From NCBI GenBank assembly GCA_965223325.1, contig CBDCWI010000001.1:384001-448000 (forward strand): DNA of 64,000 nt. The letters are read 5' to 3'. The translations under genes were made by a program, and so were the position numbers. The notes beneath the pieces were generated by a model, which was not told the DNA's origin, did no database searches, and saw only the letters and a list, made by a program, of their open reading frames with translations. Numbering within the stretch: position 1 is the stretch's first letter; every line of letters starts with the position of its first letter. The stretch comes from Candidatus Multivoradales bacterium. Its GTDB lineage: Bacteria > Acidobacteriota > Thermoanaerobaculia > Multivoradales > Multivoraceae. Below are positions 40,051 through 50,208 of this stretch, one piece after another.

Positions 40051-41169
40051 ATGACCCTCTTGAGTGCCGCCGACGACTTTCCCGTCCACCAGACTCCCGA
40101 GCCGATTGCCATAGCGACGGGCGAGCGCAACTTCTACGACCGCTACTTCTGGAACGGCTACACCCCAGACGGCGCCCTCTTCTTTGCGCTGGCGCACGGG
40201 ACCTACCCGGCCCTGGGCGTTCAGGATGCAGCGTTCTCGGTGGTGACGGGTGGTGTGCAGTACAACCTGCGCGCATCCAGGAGTTCTCCGTTGCTCGATC
40301 GCATGGACCTTCGGGTCGGGCCGATCGAGGTCACGGTGGTCGCGCCGCTCGAACGTCATCACCTGGTGGTCGATTCACCGGAGCACGGGGTGCGGGCCGA
40401 CCTGCACTGGACGGGCCGCACCCAGGCACTTCTCGAGCCGCGCTTTACCCGGCGGCTCGGCACCAGGCTGTTCATGGACTACACCCGGCTGACCCAGAAT
40501 GGCAGCTGGAGCGGCTGGATCGAGATCGCCGGGGAACGCCATCGAGTCGGCGAGCACACCCTCGGCACCCGCGATCGTTCGTGGGGCATTCGACCGGTCG
40601 GTGAACCTGACGCACAGCCGGCGCATGCTGAGCCGCAGTTCTTCTGGTTGTGGGCACCGTCGAACTTCGACGATTGCTCGACCCTCTACCATCTCAATGC
40701 CGATGGCCTCGGCCGACCGTGGAACACCTTTGGCGCCCTGGTGCCCTGCGGGGGCCGGGGCGACGGCTCTGCACCCCTGGAGTTCGATGAGGTCGAGTCG
40801 AAGCTCGAACTGATCCCCGGCACGCGCCACGCGCAAGCGGCCGAGATCAAGATGACCTCTGCTCGAGAACAGCTGACACTCCGCCTCGAGCGTCGCTTCG
40901 AGTTCTTCATGTCGGGCATTGGCTACGGCCATCCCGAATGGCGTCACGGCCGCCGTCACCAGGCACCCCTGGTGACCGGCTTCGACGAGATCGCCCACGA
41001 TGGTCTCGACCTCAACGATCCTCTCCACCTGCACGTGCAGGCCTTCTCTGACGTGGCGCTCGAGCGCGCTTCGGACGGCAGCACGCACAAGGGGCTCGGC
41101 ATTCTCGAGCAGTTGATCCTCGGGCGCTACGAGCCACTCGGGCTCGAAGGGCTCACCGGACCGACGTAG
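40051..41169 (+). CDS. Conserved hypothetical beta-rich protein (tocopherol-cyclase/hydratase-like fold inferred)
   Basis: DDFPVHQTPEP, NFYDRYFWNG, RLTQNG, GTRDRSWGIRPVGE, GIGYGHPEW.HG. Natural codon usage. Confidence 0.75.
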   Translation: MTLLSAADDFPVHQTPEPIAIATGERNFYDRYFWNGYTPDGALFFALAHGTYPALGVQDAAFSVVTGGVQYNLRASRSSPLLDRMDLRVGPIEVTVVAPLERHHLVVDSPEHGVRADLHWTGRTQALLEPRFTRRLGTRLFMDYTRLTQNGSWSGWIEIAGERHRVGEHTLGTRDRSWGIRPVGEPDAQPAHAEPQFFWLWAPSNFDDCSTLYHLNADGLGRPWNTFGALVPCGGRGDGSAPLEFDEVESKLELIPGTRHAQAAEIKMTSAREQLTLRLERRFEFFMSGIGYGHPEWRHGRRHQAPLVTGFDEIAHDGLDLNDPLHLHVQAFSDVALERASDGSTHKGLGILEQLILGRYEPLGLEGLTGPT

Positions 41170-41176
41170 GAAAAGT

Positions 41177-42373
41177 ATGTCCAGGATGAACCACGCCAGC
41201 TCCGCCCTTCTTGTCGCGCTGATCGTCACGGTCGGCTGCGTCTCGCGTGATGAGGCATTGGAGCCATCGGAGCCCAACGATCCGACGGCTCTCGCCCGCG
41301 ACAATCTCCACTTCGACGATCTGGGCCTCAACCAACTTCAAGCGATCGGCTCCCACAACAGCTACAAGGAAGCGATCGCGCCGAACTTGTTGGACGAGTA
41401 CGGCCCACCGGGGGATGCCCGGCGCGAGGCGCTCGACTACTGGCACCCGAGCCTCACGCGTCAGCTCGATCACGGCCTACGCAAGCTCGAGATTGACGTC
41501 TTCCATGACCCCGAGGGCGGTCTCTTCGCCGAACCCTGGGGCGCGGGCCTCGACGACGTGCCGCACGACCCCGGCGGGGTTCTTGAGGAACCCGGCTTCA
41601 AGGTGCTGCACGTCCAGGACCTCGACTTTCGCAGCAACTGTTTGACCCTTGCCCTGTGTCTCGAGGAAGTCGTGTCCTGGTCGGAAGCTCACCCTGGTCA
41701 CGTGCCGGTGGTGATCAGTCTCAACACCAAAGACCAGGCCTACGATCGACCCCGGTGGGTTACCCCGCGGCCGTTCAACGGTCCGGCCCTGGCGGCGCTC
41801 GACCAGGCGATCCGCTCTTTCGTACCGGCCGAGCGGCTGCTCGAGCCAGCCGACGTGCGCGGCGATTTCGCGACCCTCGAACAGGCGGTGCTCGAACGTG
41901 GCTGGCCACTCCTGGGCGAGGTTCGCGGGCGATTGTTGCTGGTGCTCGACCAGGGTGACCCCAAACGTGCCGCCTACCTCGACGCGGTCGCCGAGCCGGT
42001 GATGTTCCCGAACGCCGAGCCAGGGACACCGTGGGCCGCCTTTCGGATCATCAACGACCCCATCGGTCAGCGCGAAGAGATCGAAGCTGCCGTCGCTGCG
42101 GGTTACCTGGTGCGCACCCGCGCCGACGCTGACACGCGCGAGGCACGCAGCGGCAACACAGCGCGCCGCGAGGCGGCCTTCGCTTCTGGCGCGCACTACA
42201 TTTCGACGGACTACTACCTCCCCGAGCAGACTCTCACGACGGGTTACACGGTGAAGCTGCCTGGCGCCGCCCACGAGGGCGCACGGGCCGAAGGAACGGC
42301 CGGGCCGGTCGCCCGGGCCAGCCGGTGCAACCCGGTCACTGCGCCGACGGCGTGCACCGTTCCAGCACCCTGA
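41177..42373 (+). CDS. Ca2+-dependent phosphoinositide-specific phospholipase C family lipoprotein
   Basis: Lipobox VTVGC. IGSHNSY, GLRKLEIDV, VLHVQDLD..SNC, VRTRAD, SGAHYISTDY. Confidence 0.88.
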   Translation: MSRMNHASSALLVALIVTVGCVSRDEALEPSEPNDPTALARDNLHFDDLGLNQLQAIGSHNSYKEAIAPNLLDEYGPPGDARREALDYWHPSLTRQLDHGLRKLEIDVFHDPEGGLFAEPWGAGLDDVPHDPGGVLEEPGFKVLHVQDLDFRSNCLTLALCLEEVVSWSEAHPGHVPVVISLNTKDQAYDRPRWVTPRPFNGPALAALDQAIRSFVPAERLLEPADVRGDFATLEQAVLERGWPLLGEVRGRLLLVLDQGDPKRAAYLDAVAEPVMFPNAEPGTPWAAFRIINDPIGQREEIEAAVAAGYLVRTRADADTREARSGNTARREAAFASGAHYISTDYYLPEQTLTTGYTVKLPGAAHEGARAEGTAGPVARASRCNPVTAPTACTVPAP

Positions 42374-42400
42374 AGCACCGACCCGTCAAGAAAGCTCCGT

Positions 42401-42814
42401 CTAACGCGGAGCGTCGACGCGATGCTCCACCCAGGCGATGCGACCCTCGGCCACGCAGTCGCGTAGCGATCGCTCGACCGCGGTCAGCGTGCCGCGGCCA
42501 CTCTTGACCTCGACGAAGACGATCTCGTCGATCTCGCCGGAGCCAAGACCGCGAAACACCACATAGTCGATCGGCGCTCCCAAGAAACGTGCCTCCTGTG
42601 GCAGCCCTGGGAAGTCGTCGAGGTAGGGCGCCCACTGTTCGGCAACCCGCCCCGCGAGCGCCCTCCTGCTGCCCTCGGTTGCCACCCGCGCACGCCTGCT
42701 GCGGCCCAGGAAGAGGCCAAGGCGATAGGCGAGGAAGAGTCCGATCAGGACCAGGAGGCCTTGCACATACGGGTGAGAGGCCAACAGAAAGAGCTCTAGA
42801 GCGGGGTTTTCCAT
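42401..42814 (-). CDS. Membrane-anchored PD-(D/E)XK endonuclease related to archaeal Holliday junction resolvase
   Basis: N-terminal TM helix. G.VAEQ.AP, RFLGAPIDYVVF, IVFVEVKSG, ER..RD.V..GRI.W. Confidence 0.85.
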   Translation of the reverse strand: MENPALELFLLASHPYVQGLLVLIGLFLAYRLGLFLGRSRRARVATEGSRRALAGRVAEQWAPYLDDFPGLPQEARFLGAPIDYVVFRGLGSGEIDEIVFVEVKSGRGTLTAVERSLRDCVAEGRIAWVEHRVDAPR

Positions 42815-42912
42815 AGGCCGAATCCTGCCAGGCCCAGGGAACCTCGCAGAATGTGAACATTTTTTCCACTTTTACTTGAAATTCTTGTAATTCGTGTAAT
42901 ACTTGAAACGTT

Positions 42913-43113
42913 ATGGAAGCACCCCTGAACATGGCCTACTGGCTCGTCTCCTGTTTCTCATCCGCGTCGATCGCGGTCCTTTTCCTGATTCCAGCGCCCG
43001 CCCGCCAGACTCTTTGTGAGGAAAAGCCTCACCTCGTCATGTCTCTCTGGTGTTCGGGACTCGCCGGTTTTCTGTGGATCGCGCTCACGCGGAGCTTGAT
43101 GCTCGGCGCCTGA
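42913..43113 (+). CDS. Small two-TM hypothetical protein
   Basis: Two hydrophobic segments, downstream of an AT-rich promoter-like tract. No recognised family. Confidence 0.45.
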   Translation: MEAPLNMAYWLVSCFSSASIAVLFLIPAPARQTLCEEKPHLVMSLWCSGLAGFLWIALTRSLMLGA

Positions 43114-43308
43114 TCTCCCGCCAGACCGACGTCCAAACAACCGATCGCCCTCAGGCCACCCAGTCGCCGAGGTTGAGAGCCCGTCCGCGGATTGGCGGCG
43201 CTCTGGAGGCGCCTGCGCTGGGATGAAACGCATGGAGCTGGGCTAGACTGCTAGTCATCTGCTGCGAACAGACTCCCGCTCTGGACCTCTAGAGCGAGGG
43301 ACCACACC

Positions 43309-45150
43309 ATGCCACCTGAGAATGCTTCGGTCGGAGGCCGCCGGCGTCGTCGCCCCTTCCGAAGAGGGCCCTACCGAAGCGCGCCGTTCGTTGCTGCCCT
43401 CCTGTGTGCAGCGGCCGCCTCCGCACAGACCTCAACCAGACCGGCCCCAACCGCACAGGCACCAGCTGCCCCGAACGACCTGACGTTCGTTGACCGGGTC
43501 GAGGTGCCGCGCGTTCTGGTCGACCTGATAGCAGTTCAGAACGGTGAGCCGGTGCTCGATCTGCGCGCCGATGAGCTGCGGGTCTATGAAGACGGTCACC
43601 AGGTCGAGATCCTGGGCTTCGATCCTCCGCGTTCGGCTTCTGCCGCCGGCAGGCCAGCGGTCCCGACACCCGCCTCCGAGACGCCGGGTACCGCTGGCAG
43701 CACCAGCGAAGAGACGACCCACATCCTGCTCATCGACGACCTGCACACCCGTCTCAACGACCGCAAGCGCCTGCTCAAGGCGTTGCGCCCAGCCGTCGAA
43801 GAGCTGGCGGCCGGCGGCGCCGGCGTGATGATCGTCTCCTTCGACGGCCGCTTGCACCTGCGCCTTCCGAGGACCGAAGACCCACGTGAGATTCGCCGCG
43901 CGCTCGATTTCGAGAGCCGTCGCAAGCAAGTCCCGATGCTCGCCGCCATGGCTGACACCGAGCGCGCGATTCTGATCATCGAGCAGCGCATGAAGGACGA
44001 AACGCTAACCCCGGGCGGGGGTTCTTTCAGCGGTATGGATCCCTGCGTCGACATCGGTGGCCTGGCGCGCACCCACGCCGAGCAGGCCGACGCGGTGGTG
44101 GATTCTTCGCTCGCTGGAATTCGCCACCTGGTCGGAACGCTGGCGCGCTTCCCGGGGCGCAAATCACTGCTCTATGTAAGCGGTGGCATTCCTCTCGTTC
44201 CCGGCCTCGAGGTCTTCACCTACGCGATGGAAATGTGCGACGGCACAGCGGCCCGCGACGGCAACCAAGCCGGCGTCGACACCCAGGAGTTCAAGAGCGG
44301 CAAGAACACCCGCTGGGATCCGCGCACCGCCCGCCTCGAGGTCTACCAGCGCAACACCACCAGTCGCTGGCAGGAGATCGCCGCCTATGCCAATGCGCAG
44401 CAGGTGAGCTTCTACCCCATCGATGCCCGTGGGCTGATCCCAGTGCGAGCGTCGGGAGTCGCCAATGCCCGCACCACCGGCAGCTATCGCCTCGTCGCAC
44501 AGGAGAACCCACGCGACGCCTTGAGTCTGGTGGCGAAGCAGACTGGCGGTTCGACCTTCTTCGACAGCAACGACTTTGCGCAGGCGGCGCGCGAGTCGCT
44601 TGCCGACGCAGACGCAACCTACCGCTTGAGCTTCGAACCCATGTCGAAGGCCGATGACCGGACGCACGACATCCGTGTCGAAGTCTCACGGCCCGGGGTC
44701 GAGCTCAGGCATCGGCGGAGCTACCGGGCGCTCAGTCGGGCGGCACGCCTGCATGGCACCGTCATGGCGGCATTGCTGCACGGCTCGTCGGAGAACCCAC
44801 TCAGGGTGCGCACGGCGGAGGAAGCGGTGGCGGAACCCGACGCCGGCAAACGAGCCGTCAAGCTGCGGGTTGAAGTGCCACTCGAAGCGTTGACCATGAT
44901 TCCTTCCGGGACAGAGCGCGCTGGCAGGTTCACCGTCGTCGTCGGCGGCGAGTACGACAACGGCACCTACATGCCGATCGGCATGAAAACGATCGATGTC
45001 AAGGCGAGCGAGGTCGACCGCCAGAGCCAGTCGTTCGTCTACGAAGTGGAAGTCCCGCTGCGCCGGAAAAGCGCGACACTCTCGATCACGGTGCGCGACG
45101 AAGTCGGAGACCTCACCAGCACCCTGTTGCGGTCGGTCGAAGAATCCTGA
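43309..45150 (+). CDS. Acidobacterial VWA-related domain protein
   Basis: FVDRVEV..V.VD, GRKSLLYVSGG, YPIDARGL, A.QTGG, Y.L.F.P...D...H.IRVEV.RPG..LRHRR.Y. Confidence 0.88.
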   Translation: MPPENASVGGRRRRRPFRRGPYRSAPFVAALLCAAAASAQTSTRPAPTAQAPAAPNDLTFVDRVEVPRVLVDLIAVQNGEPVLDLRADELRVYEDGHQVEILGFDPPRSASAAGRPAVPTPASETPGTAGSTSEETTHILLIDDLHTRLNDRKRLLKALRPAVEELAAGGAGVMIVSFDGRLHLRLPRTEDPREIRRALDFESRRKQVPMLAAMADTERAILIIEQRMKDETLTPGGGSFSGMDPCVDIGGLARTHAEQADAVVDSSLAGIRHLVGTLARFPGRKSLLYVSGGIPLVPGLEVFTYAMEMCDGTAARDGNQAGVDTQEFKSGKNTRWDPRTARLEVYQRNTTSRWQEIAAYANAQQVSFYPIDARGLIPVRASGVANARTTGSYRLVAQENPRDALSLVAKQTGGSTFFDSNDFAQAARESLADADATYRLSFEPMSKADDRTHDIRVEVSRPGVELRHRRSYRALSRAARLHGTVMAALLHGSSENPLRVRTAEEAVAEPDAGKRAVKLRVEVPLEALTMIPSGTERAGRFTVVVGGEYDNGTYMPIGMKTIDVKASEVDRQSQSFVYEVEVPLRRKSATLSITVRDEVGDLTSTLLRSVEES

Positions 45151-45189
45151 ACGCGGCGCGGTCGAACGCGTCGGCCCTGGAGCCAACGG

Positions 45190-47709
45190 TCAGTCGAGTG
45201 GTTCCACGAGCCAGGCGTCCAGTTCTTCGGGTTGGCCGCCAGGAGACGCAGGAAACAACGCCTCGAGAACCACGCCGGTGCGGTTGCGCCAACCGGCCCA
45301 GTCAGTACTGTCCCAGACTTCACCCCCGATGAGGTCGTAGCCGGCGTCGACGAACAGGTCATAGAGGTCGCGCATGAATTCACCCAGGACCAGCCCTTCT
45401 CCACGGCTGCGCATGTCCCAGTGCGCCCACTCGAAGTAGAACGCCACCGGAGGCGGTGCAGACCTGGCGCTCTCGATCTGCTGGCTGAACATCGGCAGCA
45501 TCGCGTCGATCGAAAAGGGGCTTTGCAGCGCGATTCTGGCGAACAGGCGGTTCTGGCCGAGAGTGAGCGCAATGGCCGGCGGCGCGGTGTAGAGCGCTCC
45601 TGTGACGGCTCTTCCTTCGGGCTCTCCTATGGTGCGGTAGCGCCGATCGACCTCGGCGAGGATTCCGGGAACGAGCACGCCGACACGACCGCCGCCGCGG
45701 CGACCGTAGAAGCCCGCCGGTGGGTCGATCATGATGGCAATGAGCGGTGCGACCCGGTCGCCGACCACCAGGTCGAGTGTCGCCGGCCAGTTACCGATCG
45801 GGATCGCGTAGCGCTCGAGGGCCATGACCGTCGGATAGCGCTCCTCGCTCTCGGCGTAACCTGGCGGTAGCCAGACCGTGACGTCCACCTCGACGCGCCG
45901 GGTCTCTCCTTGCGCGCTCCCGGGAGCGCCACGTTGAGGTGGCACCTCGATCTCGACCACGAAGTTCTCGAGTCGACCGCCCTCACCATTCCCAGCAGCG
46001 GTGCTCTCGGTGACTCTCCCTTGCGCGAAACGGTGGCCCGGCCAGTCGGGCATCGTGAACCAGGACATTTGCAGTGCTTCTTCGGCACGGTGGTTGAGGT
46101 CGGGGCCCATGGCCGTCGACTCCACGGTGCGCGGGTTCCGCGCGTCGAGAGCGGGTTCGTAGTCCGGAAAGAAGACGTAGTTGAAGCGACCACGGCGATC
46201 GAGCTCGGTCTGCCACCACCAGAGATCTGTGCCAGCGAGGCGGTGCATCGGCTCGTCGTAGCGAAAACCGAACATGTCACCGGCAATGCCGACTTCGTCT
46301 GCGTCACCTCGCCACAGAAACAGCACCCGCTCGCCGTCGACAAGCGGCCCGTCGAGTTCTGCAAGAAGCGCATCGATCGGGGCACTCGGGTCACCGCCGG
46401 CGGCAACCCTGTCGCGGAGCGGCCGGAGCTCGAGCGGAAGGTCGTTACTCGGCGTGCCTGTCGTCGTCGTTGCGCTCCGCGTCAGGTCGACTCGTGCCAC
46501 TTCGGTCAAGCTGCGCACATAGAACGCTGAGTCGGCAAAGCTCGGCGGGGTCCAAACGATGTCGTCGAAAAGGGCGACCTGGTCGATTTCGTTCCAGCCC
46601 TCGCGGCTCGCCACCGCCAGGTGGGCTGTCCCGCCGTTCTTGGTGGCCACGAACAACAGGCCCTCGATCGCCATCAAAAAGCCGTCACCTGGCGCGCGCG
46701 AGCGCCACAGTTCGTCGCCGGTCTCGAGATCGAGGGCACTCATGAAACGACTCGTGTAGCCGTAAACGGTTTGCTCCCAGAGTGTCGGCGGGCTGTAGCT
46801 TCGAGTCAGTGTGCGACTCTCGCGGGTGACCTCGGCGGCGAGCGTCTCATCGCCCCGGATCGCAATCTGCACCACCGACGTGCGCTCATTGTCGTGCTTG
46901 ACGAACAGGCGATCCCGGCCGACCGGCATCGGCGACGCCGACTCGGCGCCAAACTCCCCAGTGCCCCCGTGGTTGTAGCCCCACAACTCCTCGCCGCTCT
47001 CCGGGTCGACGCCCACGACGCGCGTTGAACCCATTGCAACCACCTGGCGACGCCCGGCCAGTTCGGTAACGATCGGCGACTGGGCGTAGTGACCGTCGCT
47101 GAAGGTTCGCCAACGCAACGCGCCGCTCTCGGCCTCGAGACCCACCAGTGCCCCCTCTTGCCCACCGGCCTGGACGACAACGACGTCGCCGACCACCACC
47201 GCCGAGGTCGAGAAGCCATAGATCGGCCGCGTGCTGCCGAGATCGCGCACGAGGTGGGTGGACCACAGAAGCTCACCCGAGGGTAGGTCGAGCGCCACGA
47301 CCCTGCCGTCGGTGCTCACCATGAAGACGCGACCGCCCGATACCGCGGGTGTTGCGATCGGCCCGTCCTTCGAACCGCCCACGCCCACCGTCAGCGGGCC
47401 GAGGACTGCCGTCCATCGTGCCTCGCCGGTGTCGGGGTCGAAGGCCATCACCAGGTCGTGCTCGGCGTCGGAAGTCCCGGTCACCGCAACGCCAGCCGCC
47501 AATGAAATGCCGGAGTAGCCACTCCCGAGCGCTCGCTGCCATCGCACGCGCAGACGCGGCTCACCAACGCCGGTGGGCAGCCCCGCTTCGAGCTGGCCAT
47601 TGCCGTTCGGGCCGCGGAAACCCGGCCAATCGCCGGACGGCGCTGCGGCGGCTGCGCCAGAAAAGGAGATGAGGACGAAGAGGAGCGGCGCCAGGCGGAG
47701 GTACTTCAT
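45190..47709 (-). CDS. Secreted PQQ-like (BamB-type) beta-propeller fused to CBM48/E-set and esterase-like domains
   Basis: DWPGFRGP, GSGYSG, D..TGE..W repeats. F.WRG....V.IAGD E-set. VWLPPGY...ERYP and D.RYRT esterase-fold motifs. Confidence 0.82.
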   Translation of the reverse strand: MKYLRLAPLLFVLISFSGAAAAAPSGDWPGFRGPNGNGQLEAGLPTGVGEPRLRVRWQRALGSGYSGISLAAGVAVTGTSDAEHDLVMAFDPDTGEARWTAVLGPLTVGVGGSKDGPIATPAVSGGRVFMVSTDGRVVALDLPSGELLWSTHLVRDLGSTRPIYGFSTSAVVVGDVVVVQAGGQEGALVGLEAESGALRWRTFSDGHYAQSPIVTELAGRRQVVAMGSTRVVGVDPESGEELWGYNHGGTGEFGAESASPMPVGRDRLFVKHDNERTSVVQIAIRGDETLAAEVTRESRTLTRSYSPPTLWEQTVYGYTSRFMSALDLETGDELWRSRAPGDGFLMAIEGLLFVATKNGGTAHLAVASREGWNEIDQVALFDDIVWTPPSFADSAFYVRSLTEVARVDLTRSATTTTGTPSNDLPLELRPLRDRVAAGGDPSAPIDALLAELDGPLVDGERVLFLWRGDADEVGIAGDMFGFRYDEPMHRLAGTDLWWWQTELDRRGRFNYVFFPDYEPALDARNPRTVESTAMGPDLNHRAEEALQMSWFTMPDWPGHRFAQGRVTESTAAGNGEGGRLENFVVEIEVPPQRGAPGSAQGETRRVEVDVTVWLPPGYAESEERYPTVMALERYAIPIGNWPATLDLVVGDRVAPLIAIMIDPPAGFYGRRGGGRVGVLVPGILAEVDRRYRTIGEPEGRAVTGALYTAPPAIALTLGQNRLFARIALQSPFSIDAMLPMFSQQIESARSAPPPVAFYFEWAHWDMRSRGEGLVLGEFMRDLYDLFVDAGYDLIGGEVWDSTDWAGWRNRTGVVLEALFPASPGGQPEELDAWLVEPLD

Positions 47710-47792
47710 GCTCGACACGATACCGAGATCGGAAAGTCCGTTCGAAACGCGGCACGGCTCGCTGGAGGAGCGGCGCCGAAGTCGCCCGAGGA

Positions 47793-48980
47793 CTACTGGT
47801 CGATGTAGCCCGCGCGGCTACGGGCCACGGATCCTCGGCCGTGTACCCTCACCGTCACGGACCGCCAGCGCCCGTCGTGCTGGCGGCTCGACGGGTAGTA
47901 GCCAAGGACGTACTGGTCGCGCAGTTCAGAAAGCAGCTCGAGGAACGCGGGTTCGACTTCCTCGACCGACTCGATGTCGAGGACGCGCCCGCCACTCAGT
48001 TCGACCGCCTGACGCAGAAGCTCGAACTCCCGTCGATTGGAAGCCTCGTTGCGCCATGCCGTCCGGAAGCCACCCTCGCTTCCACCTTCGAGGCGCAGCC
48101 AGTAGAGGACGGTCGCACTTCGACGAAGCCGCCAGAGGATCTCTTCCATCCCGAGAGCACTATGGAGATCGGCCCCATCCGACAACAGGACCGCGACGCG
48201 GCGTCCCTGCTGGGCATCGAGGTCTCCGATCGCACGGTAGAGCTCATCCCAGATGGCGGTGTTACCGCGTGCTCCGAGACCCTCGGTCGCAAAGACCAGC
48301 TCATCTGGATCGCCACTCCAGGGCGTGAGCTTTCGCAGCCGGTCTGAGAAGACATAGGCGGTGACGCGATCGAGTTCGTTCATTCCCGCAATGAAGGTCC
48401 GGCTTCCCGCAAGCGCTGCCTCGAGGGGGGCTCCCGCCATGCTCGCGGAGGTGTCGACGAGAAGCGCCGCAGCGAGGGGCGCGTCACCACCCTCGAAGGT
48501 CACCAGCTCCTCTTCCACTCCCCTGTCCAGGACCCGAAAGTCTTCGCGGGCGAGTCCGCGAACGCGCTGGCCACCGGCGAGCACCGTGACGTAGAGCTGC
48601 TGTAACTCGAGAGTGATCTCCATGTCGACCTGGATCGCCGGCGTGGTCCACGAAGCACTGCCCTCGTCTCCGCCGGCGCTGGTGACCTTGACCTCGAAAA
48701 CCCGCTCGCGATTCTCCTGGCCAACATCGGTCACTACCACCCAGGGCGGCGCGCTCCGCTTACCAACCTCGCGTTGGTCGACGAAGAAGACCATCCTGGC
48801 GATCGAATCACCAGCAGCCAGGCTCAGAGCGTCGACCGATGCCCTGAACTCGACCTCACCAAAAGTAGGCTCTTGGGCTGGCGACTCGATGCGCACCGAG
48901 AGCTCAGCCCCGGCAGGTGACACGAAGAGAGCGACGAGGGCCGCGATCACGAGCGGCACGCGGTTGGTTCGTTCGATCAC
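47793..48980 (-). CDS. Ig-like + VWA domain protein
   Basis: FFVD..EVG....PPW Ig module, LVDTSASM MIDAS, LLSDG.D..S, ELRDQYVLGYYP. Confidence 0.88.
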   Translation of the reverse strand: MIERTNRVPLVIAALVALFVSPAGAELSVRIESPAQEPTFGEVEFRASVDALSLAAGDSIARMVFFVDQREVGKRSAPPWVVVTDVGQENRERVFEVKVTSAGGDEGSASWTTPAIQVDMEITLELQQLYVTVLAGGQRVRGLAREDFRVLDRGVEEELVTFEGGDAPLAAALLVDTSASMAGAPLEAALAGSRTFIAGMNELDRVTAYVFSDRLRKLTPWSGDPDELVFATEGLGARGNTAIWDELYRAIGDLDAQQGRRVAVLLSDGADLHSALGMEEILWRLRRSATVLYWLRLEGGSEGGFRTAWRNEASNRREFELLRQAVELSGGRVLDIESVEEVEPAFLELLSELRDQYVLGYYPSSRQHDGRWRSVTVRVHGRGSVARSRAGYIDQ

Positions 48981-50044
48981 CGAGCGGCCTCGCCTTCCAG
49001 GAGCGCTTTCAGGCGCCCTTTCAGATCCAGCACCCAGCTCTCGATCCGAGCTCCGGCTTGAACGTCGAGGCCAAGGTTGGGCGGCTTGTTGTAACGATCG
49101 CGGGGCTCGGGCGTTTCCTCTCCCTGCTGTTCTCCTTCGAGGGCGTCGCGATCCGCGGCCAGCAGGCCGCGTGCCAGGGAAGAATCTCCAGTTCGCTCGA
49201 GCGCGTAGGCGAGCATCACGCGCAAACGACGGTCCTCGTGAAGACCCGTCGCCTGCTCCAGGACGCGCCGCGCTCCCGCGTAGTCACCGAGCGCGAAGTA
49301 GCTTCGGCCGAGTTCCTGCCAGGCGACGAGACCCATCCACGATGCAGGGTTCTTCTGCGCGACATCGAGCAGGATTGGCTGCGCGTCGGTGGCATGACCG
49401 AGCCGAATGAGGCAGACCGCCAGGCGCAGCCGTGCCTCCTTTCGCGCCCGTGCGGCGCGCGCGTAGTTGCGCACCGCTTCCGGGCGGTGGCCACTGCGCT
49501 CCTCTAGGAACCCCAGACCCAGATAGGCGAGGCCGTTTTGAGGATCGAGTTCGATCGCCCGCTCCAGCCAGGGCCGCGCGCTGGCCGCCGAACGGTACGC
49601 AAACGCCGACTGACTGAAGCGAACCAGAAGCCATGAAGCGTCAGCAGCCTCTGTTCCGCCGTCGGTACCGGTCGCGGCGAAGCGCTCGATCGCCGCCAGG
49701 GCGCTTTTGCGATGCCCTCCTAGCCGCGCGAGCTGGTTGCCGCGCTGGTCGCGTTCCCAGGCGGCGACATGGAGAAGCACCACCGGCACGATGGCTTCAG
49801 AGTCTGTGCGCGCGATGTGGTCGAGAGCCTCGCTCTGGGCGGCTCGTAGCTTGCGCTCGGCGGCCGGGCCGCCCTCGATCGCAGAGCCCTCGAGCCGGTT
49901 GAGCATCATGAGCGCCGCGTCGCTGTTGCCACTCGCCCAGGCCGAGAGAGCGCCGCGGTAGTCGCCGTCCTCTTCGTCGGCTGCCAAAGGCAAGGCGGAG
50001 AACAGGGCGAGTGACAGGGCGACCACCGCCCTTTTGGTGCGCAT
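48977..50044 (-). CDS. Secreted TPR protein
   Basis: Signal peptide and LERAIELDPQNGLAYLGLG. Overlaps the VWA gene by 4 bp. Confidence 0.8.
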   Translation of the reverse strand: MRTKRAVVALSLALFSALPLAADEEDGDYRGALSAWASGNSDAALMMLNRLEGSAIEGGPAAERKLRAAQSEALDHIARTDSEAIVPVVLLHVAAWERDQRGNQLARLGGHRKSALAAIERFAATGTDGGTEAADASWLLVRFSQSAFAYRSAASARPWLERAIELDPQNGLAYLGLGFLEERSGHRPEAVRNYARAARARKEARLRLAVCLIRLGHATDAQPILLDVAQKNPASWMGLVAWQELGRSYFALGDYAGARRVLEQATGLHEDRRLRVMLAYALERTGDSSLARGLLAADRDALEGEQQGEETPEPRDRYNKPPNLGLDVQAGARIESWVLDLKGRLKALLEGEAAR

Positions 50045-50208
50045 TCCTCAAGCTAGCACTCCCCAGTTCACTTCACGAGTGCAGGCCTCCAGGTTCGGAC
50101 ACCAGAGCGGGAACCAAGGGTGGGAGAGCAGAGCCTGGGGCCTCGAGTGCAGCCGCCTCTCCACCAGCAGCCACGGGACCGCGTGGACGATGCGATCCTG
50201 CCCCGGGT

